A program made the translations under genes and the position numbers. The notes under the pieces are model-generated. The model had not been told where the DNA came from. It did no database searches and saw only the letters and a list, made by a program, of their open reading frames with translations. A stretch of 64,000 nucleotides of DNA from Eledone cirrhosa (lineage: Eukaryota). Location: NCBI GenBank assembly GCA_964016885.1, contig OZ024741.1, positions 120,156,001 through 120,220,000 on the forward strand, read 5' to 3'. Shown piece by piece: positions 28,001 through 40,500 of the stretch (position 1 is the first letter of the stretch; each line of letters opens with the position of its first letter).

Positions 28001-31000
28001 GTTGGTGTTGGTGGTGTTGGTGTTGGTGTTGGTGTTGGTGTTGGTGGTGTTGGTGTTGTTGGTGTGGGTGTTGGTGGTGTTGGTGGTATTGCTGTTGGTG
28101 TTGCTGTTGGTGTTGGTGTTGGTGGTGTTGGTGTTGGTGGTGTTGGTGGTATTGTTGTTGGTGTTGGTGTTGGTGTTGGATTTGGATTTGGTGTTGGTGT
28201 TGTTGGTGTTGGTGTTGGTGGTGTTGGTGTTGGTGGTGTTGGTGTTGGTGGTGTTGGTGGTATTGCAGTTGGTGTTGCTGTTGATGTTGGTATTGTTGTT
28301 GGTGTTGGTGTTGGTGTTGGATTTGGATTTGGATTTGATGTTGGTGTTGGTGGTGTTGGTGTTGTTGGTGTTGGTGTTGGTGTTGGTGGTGTTGGTGTTG
28401 TTGGTATTGGTGTTGGTGTTGGTGGTGTTGGTGTTGTTGGTGTTGTTGGTGTTGGTGTTGGTGTTGGTGGTGTTGGTGTTTTTTTTATTGGTGATGGTGT
28501 TGGTGGTGTTGGTGTTGGTGGTGTTGGTGGTATTGCTGTTGGTGTTGCTGTTGGTGTTGGTGTTGGTATTGTTGTTGGTGTTGGTGTTGGTGGTGTTGGT
28601 TTTGGTGGTGTTGGTGTTGGTGTTGTTGTTGTTGGTGTTGGTGTTAGTGGTGTTGGTATTGTTGTTGGTGTTGGTGGTGTTCGTGTTCGTGTTGGTGGTG
28701 TTAGTGTTGGTGTTGGTGGTGTTGGTATTGGTGCTTGTGTTGGTGGTGGTATTGGTGTTGGTGTTGGTGTTGTTGGTGTTGGTGGTGTTGGTGTTGGTGT
28801 TGTTGGTGTTGGTGGTGTTGGTGTTGGTGTTGGTGGTGTTGGTGTTGGTGTTGGTAGTGTTGGTGTTGGTGGTGTTGGTGTTGGTGGTGTAGGTGGTGTT
28901 GGTGTTTGTGGTGTCGGTGTTGGTTGTGGTGTTTGTGGTGTTTGTGTTGGTGGTGTTGGTGGTGGTGTTGTTGGTGTTGGTATTGGTGTTGGTGTTGGTG
29001 GTGTTCGTGTTGGTGTTGGTGGTGTTGGTGTTGGTGGTGTTGGTGTTGGTGTTGGTGTTTGTGGTGTTGGTGTTGGTGGTGGTGTTGGTGTTGGTGGTGT
29101 TGGTGTTGGTGTTGGTGTTGGTGGTGTTGGTGTTGGTGTTGTTGGTGTTGGTGTTGGTGGTGTTGGTGGTGTTGGTGTTGTTGGTGGTGTTGGTGTTGGT
29201 GTTGGTGTTGGTGTTGGTGGTGTTGGTGTTGGTGTTGGTGTTGGATTTGGTGTTGGTGTTGGTTGTGTTGGTGTTGGTGTTGTTGGTTTTGGTGTTGGTG
29301 GTGTTTGTGTTGGTGGTGTTGGTGGTGTCGGTGTTGTTGGTGTTGGTGGTGTTGGTGTTGGTGGTGTTGGTGTTGGTGTTGGTGGTGTTGGTGTTGCTGG
29401 CGTTGGTGTTGGTTGTGTTTGTGTTGGTGGTGTTGGTGGTGTTGTTGGTGTTGGTATTGGTGTTGGTGTTGGTGGTGTTCGTGTTCGTGTTGGTGGTGTT
29501 GGCATTGGTGGTGTTGGTGTTGGTATTGGTGTTGGTGTTGGTGGTGTTTGTGTTGGTGGTGTTGGTGTTGGTGTTGGTGTTGGTGTTGGTGTTGGTGTTG
29601 GTGGTGTTGGTGTTGGTGGTGTTGGTGTTGGTGTTGGTGTTGGTGTTGGTGTTGTTGGTGTTGGTGTTGGTCGTGTTGTTATTGGTGTTGGTGTTGGTGG
29701 CGGTATTGGTGTTGGTGTTGTTGGTGGTGTTGTTGTTGGTGTTGGTGTTGGTGTTGGTGTTGTTGTTGGTAGTGTTGGTGTTGGTGGTGTTGGTGTTGGT
29801 GTTGGTGGTGTTGGTGGTGTTGGTGTTTGTGGTGTTGGTGTTGGTGGTGGTGTTGGCGTTGGTGGTGTTGGTGTTGGTGTTGGTGTTGTTGGTGGTGTTG
29901 GTGTTTGTGGTGTTGGTGTTTGTGGTGTTGGTGGTGGTGGTGGTGGTGGTGGCGTTGGTGGCGTTGGTGTTGGGGGTGTTGGTGTTGGTGTTGGTGTTGG
30001 TGTTGGTGTTGTTGGTGTTGGTGTTGGTGGTGTTGGTGTTGGTGTTGCTGGTGTTGTTGGTGTTGGTGTTGTTGGTGTTGGTGGTGTTGGTGTTGGTGTT
30101 AGTGTTTGTGTTGGTGTTGGTGTTGGTGTTGTTGGTGTTGGTGTTGGTGGTGTTGGTGTTGGTGTTGGTGGTGTTGGTGATGGTGGTGTTGGTATTGGTG
30201 GTGGTGGTGTTGGTGTTAGTGTTGGTGTTGGTGGTGTTGGTGTTGGTGGTGTTGGTGTTTGTGGTATTGGTGTTGGTGGTGTTTGTGTTGGTGGTGTTGG
30301 TATTGTTGGTGTTGGTGTTGGTGTTGGTGGTGTTGGTGTTGTTGTTGTTGGTGTTGATGTTGGTGGTGTTGGTGTTGTTGGTGTTGGTGGTGTTGGTGTT
30401 GGTGTTGGTGTTGTTGGTGTTGTTATTGGTGTTGGTGGTATTGATGTTGGTGTTGCTGTTGGTGTTGGTGTTGGTATTATCATTGGTGTTTGTGTTGGTG
30501 GTGTTGGTGTTGGTGTTGGTGGTGTTGGTGGTGTTGGTGGTGGTGTTGGTGTTGATGTTGTTGGTGTTGGTACTGGTGTTGGTGTTGGTGTTGGTGGTGT
30601 TGGTGTTGGTGTTGAGTGTTGGTGTTGGTGTTGTTGGTGTTGGTGTTGGTATTTGTGGTGTTGGTGTTTATGTTTGTGGTGTTGTTGTTGGTGTTGGCGT
30701 TGGTGTTGGTGGTGTTGGTGGTGGTGGTGGTGTTGGTGTTGGTACTGGTGTTGGTGTTGGTGTTGGTGGTGTTGGTGTTGGTGTTGGTGGTGTTGGTGTT
30801 GGTGTTGGCGTTGGTGTTGGTGGTGTTGTTGGTGTTGGTGGTGGTGTTGGTGTTGGTGTTGGTGTTGTTGGTGTTGGTGTTGGATTTGGATTTGGTATTG
30901 GTGTTGGTAGTGTTGGTGTTGGTGGTGTTGGTGTTGGTGTTGGTGTTGGTGTTGGTGGTGTTGGTGTTGTTTGTGTTGGTGGTGTTGGTGTTGGTGTTGG

Positions 31001-34000
31001 TGTTGATATTGTTGTTGGTGTTGGTGGTGATGGTGTTGGTGTTGCTGGTGTTGTTGGTGTTGGTGTTGTTGGTGTTGGTGGTGTTGGTGTTGGTGTTGGT
31101 GTTGGTGTTGTTGGTGTTGGTGTTGGTGGTGTTGGTGTTGGTGTTGCTGGTGTTGTTGGTGTTGGTGTTGTTGGTGTTGGTGGTGTTGGTGTTGGTGGTG
31201 TTGGTGTTGGTGTTGGTGTTGGTGTTGTTGGTGTTGGTGTTGGTGGTGTTGGTGTTGGTGTTGGTGGTGTTGGTGATGGTGGTGTTGGTATTGGTCGTGG
31301 TGGTGTTGGTGTTAGTGTTGGTGTTGGTGGTGTTGGTGTTGGTGGTGTTGGTGTTTATGGTATTGGTGTTGGTGGTGTTTGTGTTGGTGGTGTTGGTGTT
31401 GGTGTTGGTGGTGTTGGTGTTGTTGTTGTTGGTGTTGATGTTGGTGGTGTTGGTGTTGTTGGTGTTGGTGGTGTTGGTGTTGGTGTTGGTGTTGTTGGTG
31501 TTGTTATTGGTGTTGGTGGTATTGCTGTTGGTGTTGCTGTTGGTGTTGGTGTTGGTATTATTATTGGTGTTTGTGTTGGTGGTGTTGGTGTTGGTGTTGG
31601 TGGTGTTGGTGGTGTTGGTGGTGGTGTTGGTGTTGATGTTGTTGGTGTTGGTACTGGTGTTGGTGTTGGTGTTGGTGGTGTTGGTGTTGGTGTTGGTGGT
31701 GTTGGTGTTGGTGTTGGTGTTGTTGTTGTTGGTATTCGTGGTGTTGGTGTTTATGTTTGTGGTGTTGTTGTTGGTGTTGGTGGTGGTGTTGGTGGTGGTG
31801 TTGGTGTTGGTGTTGGTGTGGTGTTGGTGTTGGTGGTGTTGTTGGTGTTGGTGTTGTTGGTGTTTGTGTTGGTGGTGTTGGTGTTGGTGGTGTTGTTATT
31901 GGTGTTGGTGTTGATAGCGGTATTGGTGTTGGTGTTGGTGTTGGTGTTGGTTTTGGTGTTGGTGTTGTTGGTGTTGGTGTAGTTGGTGTTGGTGTCGGTG
32001 TTGGTGGTGTTGGTGATGGTGGTGTTGGTGTTGGTAGTGGTGGTGTTGGTGTTGTTGTTGGTGTTGGTGGTGTTGGTGTTGGTGTTGGTGTTGGTGGTGT
32101 TGGTGTTGTTGGTGTGGGTGTTGGTGGTGTTGGTGGTATTGCTGTTGGTGTTGCTGTTGGTGTTGGTGTTGGTGTTGGTGGTGTTGGTGGTATTGCTGTT
32201 GGTGTTGCTGTTGATGTTGGTATTGTTGTTGGTGTTGGTGTTGGTGTTGGATTTGGATTTGGTGTTGGTGTTGTTGGTGTTGGTGTTGGTGGTGTTGGTG
32301 TTGGTGGTGTTGGTGTTGGTGGTGTTGGTGGTATTGCAGTTGGTGTTGCTGTTGATGTTGGTATTGTTGTTGGTGTTGGTGTTGGTGTTGGATTTGGATT
32401 TGGATTTGATGTTGGTGTTGGTGGTGTTGGTGTTGTTGGTGTTGGTGTTGGTGTTGGTGGTGTTGGTGTTGTTGGTATTGGTGTTGGTGTTGGTGGTGTT
32501 GGTGTTGTTGGTGTTGTTGGTGTTGGTGTTGTTGGTGTTGGTGGTGTTGGTGTTGTTGGTGTTGGTGTTGGTGTTGGTGGTGTTGGTGTTGTTGGTATTG
32601 GTGTTGGTGTTGGTGGTGTTGGTGTTGTTGGTGTTGTTGGTGTTGGTGTTGGTGTTGGTGGTGTTGGTGTTTTTTTTATTGGTGATGGTGTTGGTGGTGT
32701 TGGTGTTGGTGGTGTTGGTGGTATTGCTGTTGGTGTTGCTGTTGGTGTTGGTGTTGGTATTGTTGTTGGTGTTGGTGTTGGTGGTGTTGGTTTTGGTGGT
32801 GTTGGTGTTGGTGTTGTTGTTGTTGGTGTTGGTGTTAGTGGTGTTGGTATTGTTGTTGGTGTTGGTGGTGTTCGTGTTCGTGTTGGTGGTGTTAGTGTTG
32901 GTGTTGGTGGTGTTGGTATTGGTGCTGGTGTTGGTGGTGGTATTGGTGTTGGTGTTGGTGTTGTTGATTTTGGTGGTGTTGGTGTTGGTGTTGGTGGTGT
33001 TGGTGGTGTTGGTGTTGGTGTTGTGTTGGTGGTGTTGGTGTTGGTGTTGGTGGTGTTGGTATTGGTGTTGGTGTTGGTGGCGGTATTGGTGTTGGTGTTG
33101 GTGTTGGTGTTGGTGTTGGTGTTCGTGGTGTTGGTGTTGTTGGTGTTGGTGGTGTTGGTGTTGGTGTTGGTGGTGTTGGTGTTGGTGTTGGTAGTGTTGG
33201 TGTTGGTGGTGTTGGTGTTGGTGGTGTAGGTGGTGTTGGTGTTTGTGGTGTTGGTGTTGGTTGTGGTGTTTGTGGTGTTTGTGTTGGTGGTGTTGGTGGT
33301 GGTGTTGTTGGTGTTGGTATTGGTGTTGGTGTTGGTGGTGTTCGTGTTCGTGTTGGTGGTGTTGGTGTTGGTGGTGTTGGTGTTGGTGTTGGTGTTTGTG
33401 GTGTTGGTGTTGGTGGTGGTGTTGGTGTTGGTGGTGTTGGTGTTGGTGTTGGTGGTGTTGGTGTTGGTGTTGTTGGTGTTGGTGTTGGTGTTAGTGTTGG
33501 TGTTGAGTTGGTGTTGTTGGTGTTGGTGTTGGTGTTGGTGGTGGTGTTGGTGTTGGTGATGTTGGTGATGGTGGTGTTGGTATTGGTGGTGTTGATGGTA
33601 TTGGTGGTGTTGGTGTTGTTGGTGTTGGTGTTGGTGGTGTTGGTGGTGTTGGTGTTGTTGGTGGTGTTGGTGTTGGTGTTGGTGTTGGTGGTGTTGGTGT
33701 TGGTGTTGGATTTGGTGTTGGTGTTGGTTGTGTTGGTGTTGGTGTTGGTGTTGTTGGTTTTGGTGTTGGTGGTGTTTGTGTTGGTGGTGTTGGTGGTGTC
33801 GGTGTTGTTGGTGTTGGTGGTGTTGGTGTTGGTTGTGTTGGTGTTGGTGTTGGTGGTGTTGGTGTTGTTGGCGTTGGTGTTGGTGGTGTTTGTGTTGGTG
33901 GTGTTGGTGGTGTTGTTGGTGTTGGTATTGGTGTTGGTGTTGGTGGTGTTCGTGTTCGTGTTGGTGGTGTTGGCATTGGTGGTGTTGGTGTTGGTATTGG

Positions 34001-35247
34001 TGTTGGTGTTGGTGGTGTTTGTGTTGGTGGTGTTGGTGTTGGTGTTGGTGTTGGTGTTGGTGTTGGTGTTGTTGGTGTTGGTGTTGGTCGTGTTGTTATT
34101 GGTGTTGGTGTTGGTGGCGGTATTGGTGTTGGTGTTGGTGTTGGTGTTGTTGGTGGTGTTGTTGTTGGTGTTGGTGTTGGTGTTGGTGTTGTTGTTGGTA
34201 GTGTTGGTGTTGGTGGTGTTGGTGTTGGTGTTGGTGGTGTTGGTGGTGTTGGTGTTTGTGGTGTTGGTGTTGGTGGTGGTGTTGGCGTTGGTGGTGTTGG
34301 TGTTGGTGTTGTTGGTGGTGTTGGTGTTTGTGGTGTTGGTGTTTGTGGTGTTGGTGGTGGTGGTGGTGGTGTTGGCGTTGGTGGTGTTGGTGTTGGTGTT
34401 GGTGTTGTTGGTGTCGGTGGTGCTGGTGTTTGTGGTGTTGGTGTTGGTGTTGGTATTGGTGGTGTTGGTGTTGGTGGTGTTGGTGTTTGTGGTGTTGGTA
34501 TTTGTGGTGTTGGTGGTGGTGTTGGCGTTGGTGGTGTTGGTGTTGCTGTTAGTGGTGTTGGTCGTGTTGTTATTGGTGTTGGTGGCGGTATTGGTGTTGG
34601 TGTTGGTGTTGTTGGTGTTGGTGGTGTTGGTGTTGGTGTTGGTGTTGTTGGTGTTGGTGGAGTTGGTGTTGGTGTTCGTGGTGTTGGTAGAGTTGGTGAT
34701 GGTGTTGGTGTTGTTGGTGGTGTTGTTGTTGGTGTTGGTGTTGGTGTTGGTAGTGTTGGTGTTGGTGGTGTTGGTGTTGGTGGTGTTGGTGGTGTTGGTG
34801 TTGGTGGTGTTGGTGTTGGTGGTGGTGTTGGTGTTGGTGGTGTTGGTGTTGGTGTTGGTGTTGGTGTTGTTGGTGTTGGTGTTTGTGGTGTTGGTATTGG
34901 TGTTGGTGTTGGTGTTGGTGGTGCTGGTGCTGGTGTTGGTTTTGGTGTTGGTGGTGTTGGTGTTGGTGTTGGTGGTGTTGGTGTTGTTGGTGTTGGTGTT
35001 AGTGTTGGTGTTGAGTTGGTGTTATTGGTGTTGGTGTTGGTGTTGGTGTTGGTGGTGGTGTTGGTGTTGGTGGTGTTGGTGATGTTGGTGTTGGTGTTGT
35101 TGGTGGTGTTGGTGTTGGTGTTGGTGGTGTTGGTGTTCGTGGTGTTGGTGTTGTTGGTGGTTTTGGTGTTGGTGTAGGTGGTGTTGGTGTTGGATTTGGA
35201 TTTGGTGTTGGTGTTGGTGTTGGTTGTATTGGTGTTGGTGTTGGTGT

Positions 35248-37543
35248 TGTAGTAAGACGCCTCACGCTCCTTGATAGAACAACGCCGGTTGAGAACGCCA
35301 GAAAGAAAAAAACAGACAGCCACTGGAAAGCCGACTGATCACACGCCAGATACCAGCCTCTGTACAACACCATTGTTTGCGCTACATCAAAAAATAAACG
35401 TATATTTCATCTCTAATTTCTGCTGTTATTATGTCACTCGTATCTCGATAACATCTACAACTAATACTGCTAAAGTGGTGAGCACCTTTGGAAGAGAGCT
35501 TTTAGCCATCTATTTGGCCGTGAAACATTTTTCACATGTGCTAGAGGGTAGGCAATTTACAATCCTCACTGACCATTAACCATTGACTTTTGCTTTGAGA
35601 GCGAAGGCTGATAAATACTCGCCCAGAGAGACGAGACACCTTGATTTCATCTCGCAATATACGAGTGATATCCAGCACATTCCGGATTCACTAAATACAG
35701 CGGCCGATGCTTTGTCCCGCTTACCCGTGACAGCGATCTCGTCATCCTCTGACATAGATCTGACTCGTTTGGCTGCGGATCAGCCTCCCCTTGAGTCATT
35801 GGATGTCACATCGCCCGTGTTTGCGAATTGCGAGATGAAATACTTGCCTCTGTCGACTGCAGTTGGCCAAATTCTCTGCGACGTCTCTTTGGACGTGCCT
35901 AGGCCCTTCGTTCCAGAGAATCATCGTCGGACCGTGTTTCTGGGATTACATTGTATCTCGCATCCAAGATCTTCTGCCACAGCAAAGCTCATATCAGTTA
36001 GATTTTTCTGGCTAAATATGAGGCGTGAAATTGCTGCTTGGTGCCGTTCCTGCGTCGCTTGCCAGAGATCAAAGGTCCATCGACACGTCAAGGCTTCCCT
36101 GGGTACCTTTGCTAACCCAGATGCGCGGTTTTCACATATTCATATTGACATAGTGGGACCTTGGCCTGTCAGCGATGGTTTTTCTTATCTACTTACCGTC
36201 ATTGACCGTTTTTCGAGATGGCCTGAGGCCATCCCCTTGAAAAACATCACCGCGGAGACAACAGCACATGCTCTTGTGTCTGGATGGATCTCTCGTTATG
36301 GAGTTCCATCCACAATAACTACTGACCGTGGACGACAGTTCGAGTCGAGCCTTTTCCTCGAGCTGTCAAAATTAATTGGTGCTAAACGCATTAGAACTAC
36401 GGCATACCATCCCGCTTCGAATGGTATGGTGGAGCGTTTTCACCGCCAACTGAAGGCCTCCTTAATGGCCTCACTGGACTCGGCGCATTGGAGCGAGTAC
36501 CTCCCTATTGTGCTACTAGGGATTCGGTCAACGGTGAAGGTCGATTTTGGATTTTCACCGGCCGAAGTACTGTACGGTGCCCCTCTGACGTTGCCCGGGC
36601 AAATGCTTGCCCCTCTCGATCTTGATGCCCAAGATCACGCTTCCTACGTGTCCCGTTTACGCTCCTATTTCCAGGATTTGCCGCCAATGGACACTAGGAA
36701 ACAAACTGTCAAGACTGCTGTCCCGAGGGATATTGCCTCGTGGACGCATGTTTTTGTAAGGAATGATACGGTGAAGCCCCCGCTCACACAGCCTTACAAT
36801 GGACCTTACCGTGTCTTAACGCGCTCGGCTAAGCATTTCACGTTAGATATTAAGGGGTCCAGGGAGACAGTTACATTAGAAAGGCTTAAGCAGGCGCACC
36901 TTGACACGGACGCTGTGGTTCCTGATCCACGAACCCCTTCGTATTTGCCTGTTGAGCGAACGACTGTTCCTGAACCACCATCATCGCCTGTCCCTACACC
37001 ACCACCATCGCCACGTTACAAGACCACGACCCGGTCAGGTCGTAGGGTCCACTGGCCCAAAAAACTTTGCAGCACCGTCTATATTTAGACTATGTTAGCT
37101 GCACCTTTTTTTTGCCTCTGTGTTTCTGCTTTTTCTTTGCCTTGTTTTTTTTATGCATGCATGTCGTTTTTTTTTTTTAACATTTTTCAAATCCTTATTC
37201 TGGATTCAATTTTTGCTAGAGCGGATAGCTCCCCCTTGTTGCATTGTTCGCCATCTTACTCCACATGTGAGTAATGACATCGATTTTCAATAATTTGAAA
37301 ATCTGGCTCGGGGTACTGTAGTAAGACGCCTCACGCTCCTTGATAGAACAACGCCGGTTGAGAACGCCAGAAAGAAAAGAACAGACAGCCACTGGAAAGC
37401 CGACTGATCACACGCCAGATACCAGCCTCTGTACAACACCATTGTTTGTGCTACATCAAAAAATAAACGTATATTTCATCTCTAATTTCTGCTGTTATTA
37501 TGTCACTCGTATCTCGATAACATCTACAACTAATACTGCTAAA
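35248..37543 (+). mobile_element. Internally deleted Ty3/gypsy LTR element, copy 1 (LTRs 35248-35474 and 37317-37543)
   Basis: 227-bp direct repeats starting TGTAGT; GTGT on both sides (candidate 4-bp TSD); PBS stub TGGTGA; ggggtac before the 3' LTR; RNase H tail plus integrase. Confidence 0.95.
35481..37088 (+). pseudogene. Truncated pol: RNase H C-terminus, premature stop, then open integrase frame
   Basis: STFGRELLAIYLAVKHF..TDH*PL; ADALSR; HHCC (HCISHP..CVAC); [23 protein letters not shown] (D-D-E); GPY motif; the 501-aa ORF starts at TTG. Confidence 0.9.
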
Positions 37544-40500
37544 GTGTTGTTGGTTTTGGTGTTGTTGGTGTTTGTGTTGGTGGTGTTGGTGTTGTTGGTG
37601 GTGTTGGTGTTGTTGGTGTTGGTGTTAGTGTTGGTGTTGAGTTGGTGTTGTTGGTGTTGGTGTTGGTGTTTGTGGTGTTGGTATTTGTGGTGTTGGTGTT
37701 GGTGGTGGTGTTGGCGTTGGTGGTGTTGGTGTTGGTTGTGTTGGTGTTGGTATTGTTGGTTTTGGTGTTGGTGGTGTTTGTGTTGGTGGTGTTGGTGGTG
37801 TTGTTGTTGTTGTTGTTGTTGTTGTTGGTGTTGGTGTTGGTGGTGTTTGTGTTGGTGGTGTTGGTGGTGTTGTTGTTGTTGTTGTTGGTGTTGGTGTTGG
37901 TGGTGTTGGTGTTGTTGGTGTTGGTGTTGGTGTTGGTGTTTGTGGTGTTGGTGTTGCTGGTGTTTTTATTGGTGTTGGTGGTGTTGTTGGTGTTGGTATT
38001 GGTGTTGGTGTTGGTGGTGTTCGTGTTCGTGTTTGTGGTGTTGGTGTTGGTGGTGTTGGTGTTGGTGTTGATGTTGGTGTTGGTGGTGTTGGTGTTGGTG
38101 TTGGTGGTGTTGGTGTTGGTGTTGGTGTTGGTGGTGTTGGTGTTGGTAGTGTTGGTGTTGGTGTTGGTGTTGGTGTTGGTGGTGTTGTTGGTGTTGGTGG
38201 TGTTGGTGTTGGTGTTGGTGGTGTTGGTGTTGGTGTTGGTGGTGTTGGTATTGGTGTTGGTAGTGTTGGTGTTGGTGCTGTTCGTGTTCGTGTTGGTGGT
38301 GTTGGTGTTGGTGTTGGTGTTGGTGTTGGTGTTGGTGGTGTTGGTGTTGGTGGTGTTGGTGTTGGTGGTGGTCGTGTTGGTGTTGGTGATGTTCCTGTTC
38401 GTGGTGTTGGTGTTGGTGTTGGTGTTGGTGTTGGTGGTGTTGGTGTTGGTGTTGGTGGTGTTGGTGTTGGTGTTGGTGTTGGTGGTGTTAGTGTTGGTGT
38501 TGGTGGTGTTGGTGTTGGTGTTGGTGTTGGTGTTGGTGTTGGTGGTATTGGTGTTGGTGGTGTTTGTGTTGGTGGTGTTGGTGTTGTTGGTGGTGTTGGT
38601 GTTGGTGTTGGTGTTGGTGTTGGTGGTGTTGTTGGTGGTGTTGGTGTTGGTGTTGGTGTTGTTGGTATTGGTGTTGGTGTTGGTGGTGGTATTGGTGTTG
38701 GTGTTGTTGGTGTTGGTGGTGTTGGTGTTGGTGTTGTTGGTGTTGTTGGTGTTGGTGTTGGTATTTGTGGTGTTGGTGTTGGTGGTGTTTGTGTTGGTGG
38801 TGTTGGTGGTGTTGTTGGTGTTGGTATTGGCGTTGGTGTTGGTGGTGTTCGTGTTCGTGTTGGTGATGTTGATGTTGGTGGTGTTGGTGTTGGTGTTGAT
38901 GTTGGTGTTGGTGCTGGTGGTGTTGGTGTTGGTGGTGTTGGTGTTGTTGGTGTTGGTGTTGATGTTGGTGGTGTTGGTGTTGGTGGTGTTGGTGTTGGTG
39001 TTGGTGTTGGTGGTGTCGGTGTTGGTGGTGTTGGTGTTGGTGTTGGTGGTGGTGGTTTTGGTGTTGGTGTTGGTTTTGTTGGTGTTGTTGGTGTTGGTGT
39101 TGATGTTGGTGTTGGTGTTGGTGGTGTTGGTGTTGGTGGTGTTGGTGTTGGTGTTGGTGTTGCTGTTGGTGGTGTCGGTGTTGGTGGTGTTGGTGTTGGT
39201 GTTGGTGGTGGTGGTTTTGGTGTTGGTGTTGGTTTTGTTGGTGTTGTTGGTGTTGGTGTTGATGTTGGTGTTGGTGTTGGTGGTGTTGGTGTTGGTGGTG
39301 TTGGTGTTGGTGTTGGTGTTGCTGTTGGTGGTGTTGGTGTTGGTGGTGTTGGTGTTGGTGTTGGTGGTAGTGGTGTTGGTGTTGGTGGTGTTGGTGTTGG
39401 TGTTGGTGGTGTTGGTGTTGGTGGTAGTGGTGTTGGTGTTGGTGGTGTTGGTGTTGGTGTTGGTGGTGTTGGTGTTGGTGTTAGTGGTGTTGGTGTTGGT
39501 GTTGGTGGTGGTGGTGGTGGTGGTGGTGGTGGTGTTGGTGTTGGTATTGGTGTTGGTGTTGGTGGTGGTGGTGTTGGTGTTGGTGGTGTTGGTGTTGTTG
39601 GTGTTGGTGTTGATGTTGGTGTTTGTGGTGTTGGTGTTGGTGTTGGTGGTGTTGGTGTTGGTGTTGGTGGTGTTGGTGGTGTTGGTGTTGATGTTGGTGT
39701 TGGTGGTGTTGGTGTTGATGTTGGTGTTGGTGGTGTTGGTGTTGTTGTTGGTGGTGGTGTTGGTGGTGGTGTTGGTGTTGGTGGTGTTGGTGTTGGTGTT
39801 GGTGTTGGTATTGTTGTTGGTGTTGGTGGTGTTGCTGTTGGTGTTGGTGTGTTTGTGTTGGTGTTCGTGGTGGTGTTGGGGTTGGTGGTGTTAGTGTTGG
39901 TGTTGGCGTTTGTGGTGTTGGTGTTGGTGGTGTTGGTGGTGTTGGTGGTGTTGGTGGTGTTGGTGTTGGTATTGGTGTTGGTGTTGGTGGTGTTGGTGTG
40001 GTGGTGTTTGTGTTGCTGTTGTTGGTGGTGTTGGTGTTGTTGGTGTTGGTGTTGGTGTTGGTGGTGTTGGTGTTGTTGGTGGTGTTGGTGTTGTTGGTGT
40101 TGGTGTTAGTGTTGGTGTTGAGTTGGTGTTGTTGGTGTTGGTGTTGGTGTTTGTGGTGTTGGTATTTGTGGTGTTGGTGTTGGTGGTGGTGTTGGCGTTG
40201 GTGGTGTTGGTGTTGGTTGTGTTGGTGTTGGTATTGTTGGTTTTGGTGTTGGTGGTGTTTGTGTTGGTGGTGTTGGTGGTGTTGTTGTTGTTGTTGTTGT
40301 TGTTGTTGGTGTTGGTGTTGGTGGTGTTTGTGTTGGTGGTGTTGGTGGTGTTGTTGTTGTTGTTGTTGGTGTTGGTGTTGGTGGTGTTGGTGTTGTTGGT
40401 GTTGGTGTTGGTGTTGGTGTTTGTGGTGTTGGTGTTGCTGGTGTTTTTATTGGTGTTGGTGGTGTTGTTGGTGTTGGTATTGGTGTTGGTGTTGGTGGTG

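Noticed and set aside
35583-37088. Domesticated integrase gene or Ginger/GIN-type DNA transposon
   Set aside because: Flanked by direct LTRs with a PBS stub and an RNase H remnant, no TIRs, and a non-ATG start just after a nonsense codon
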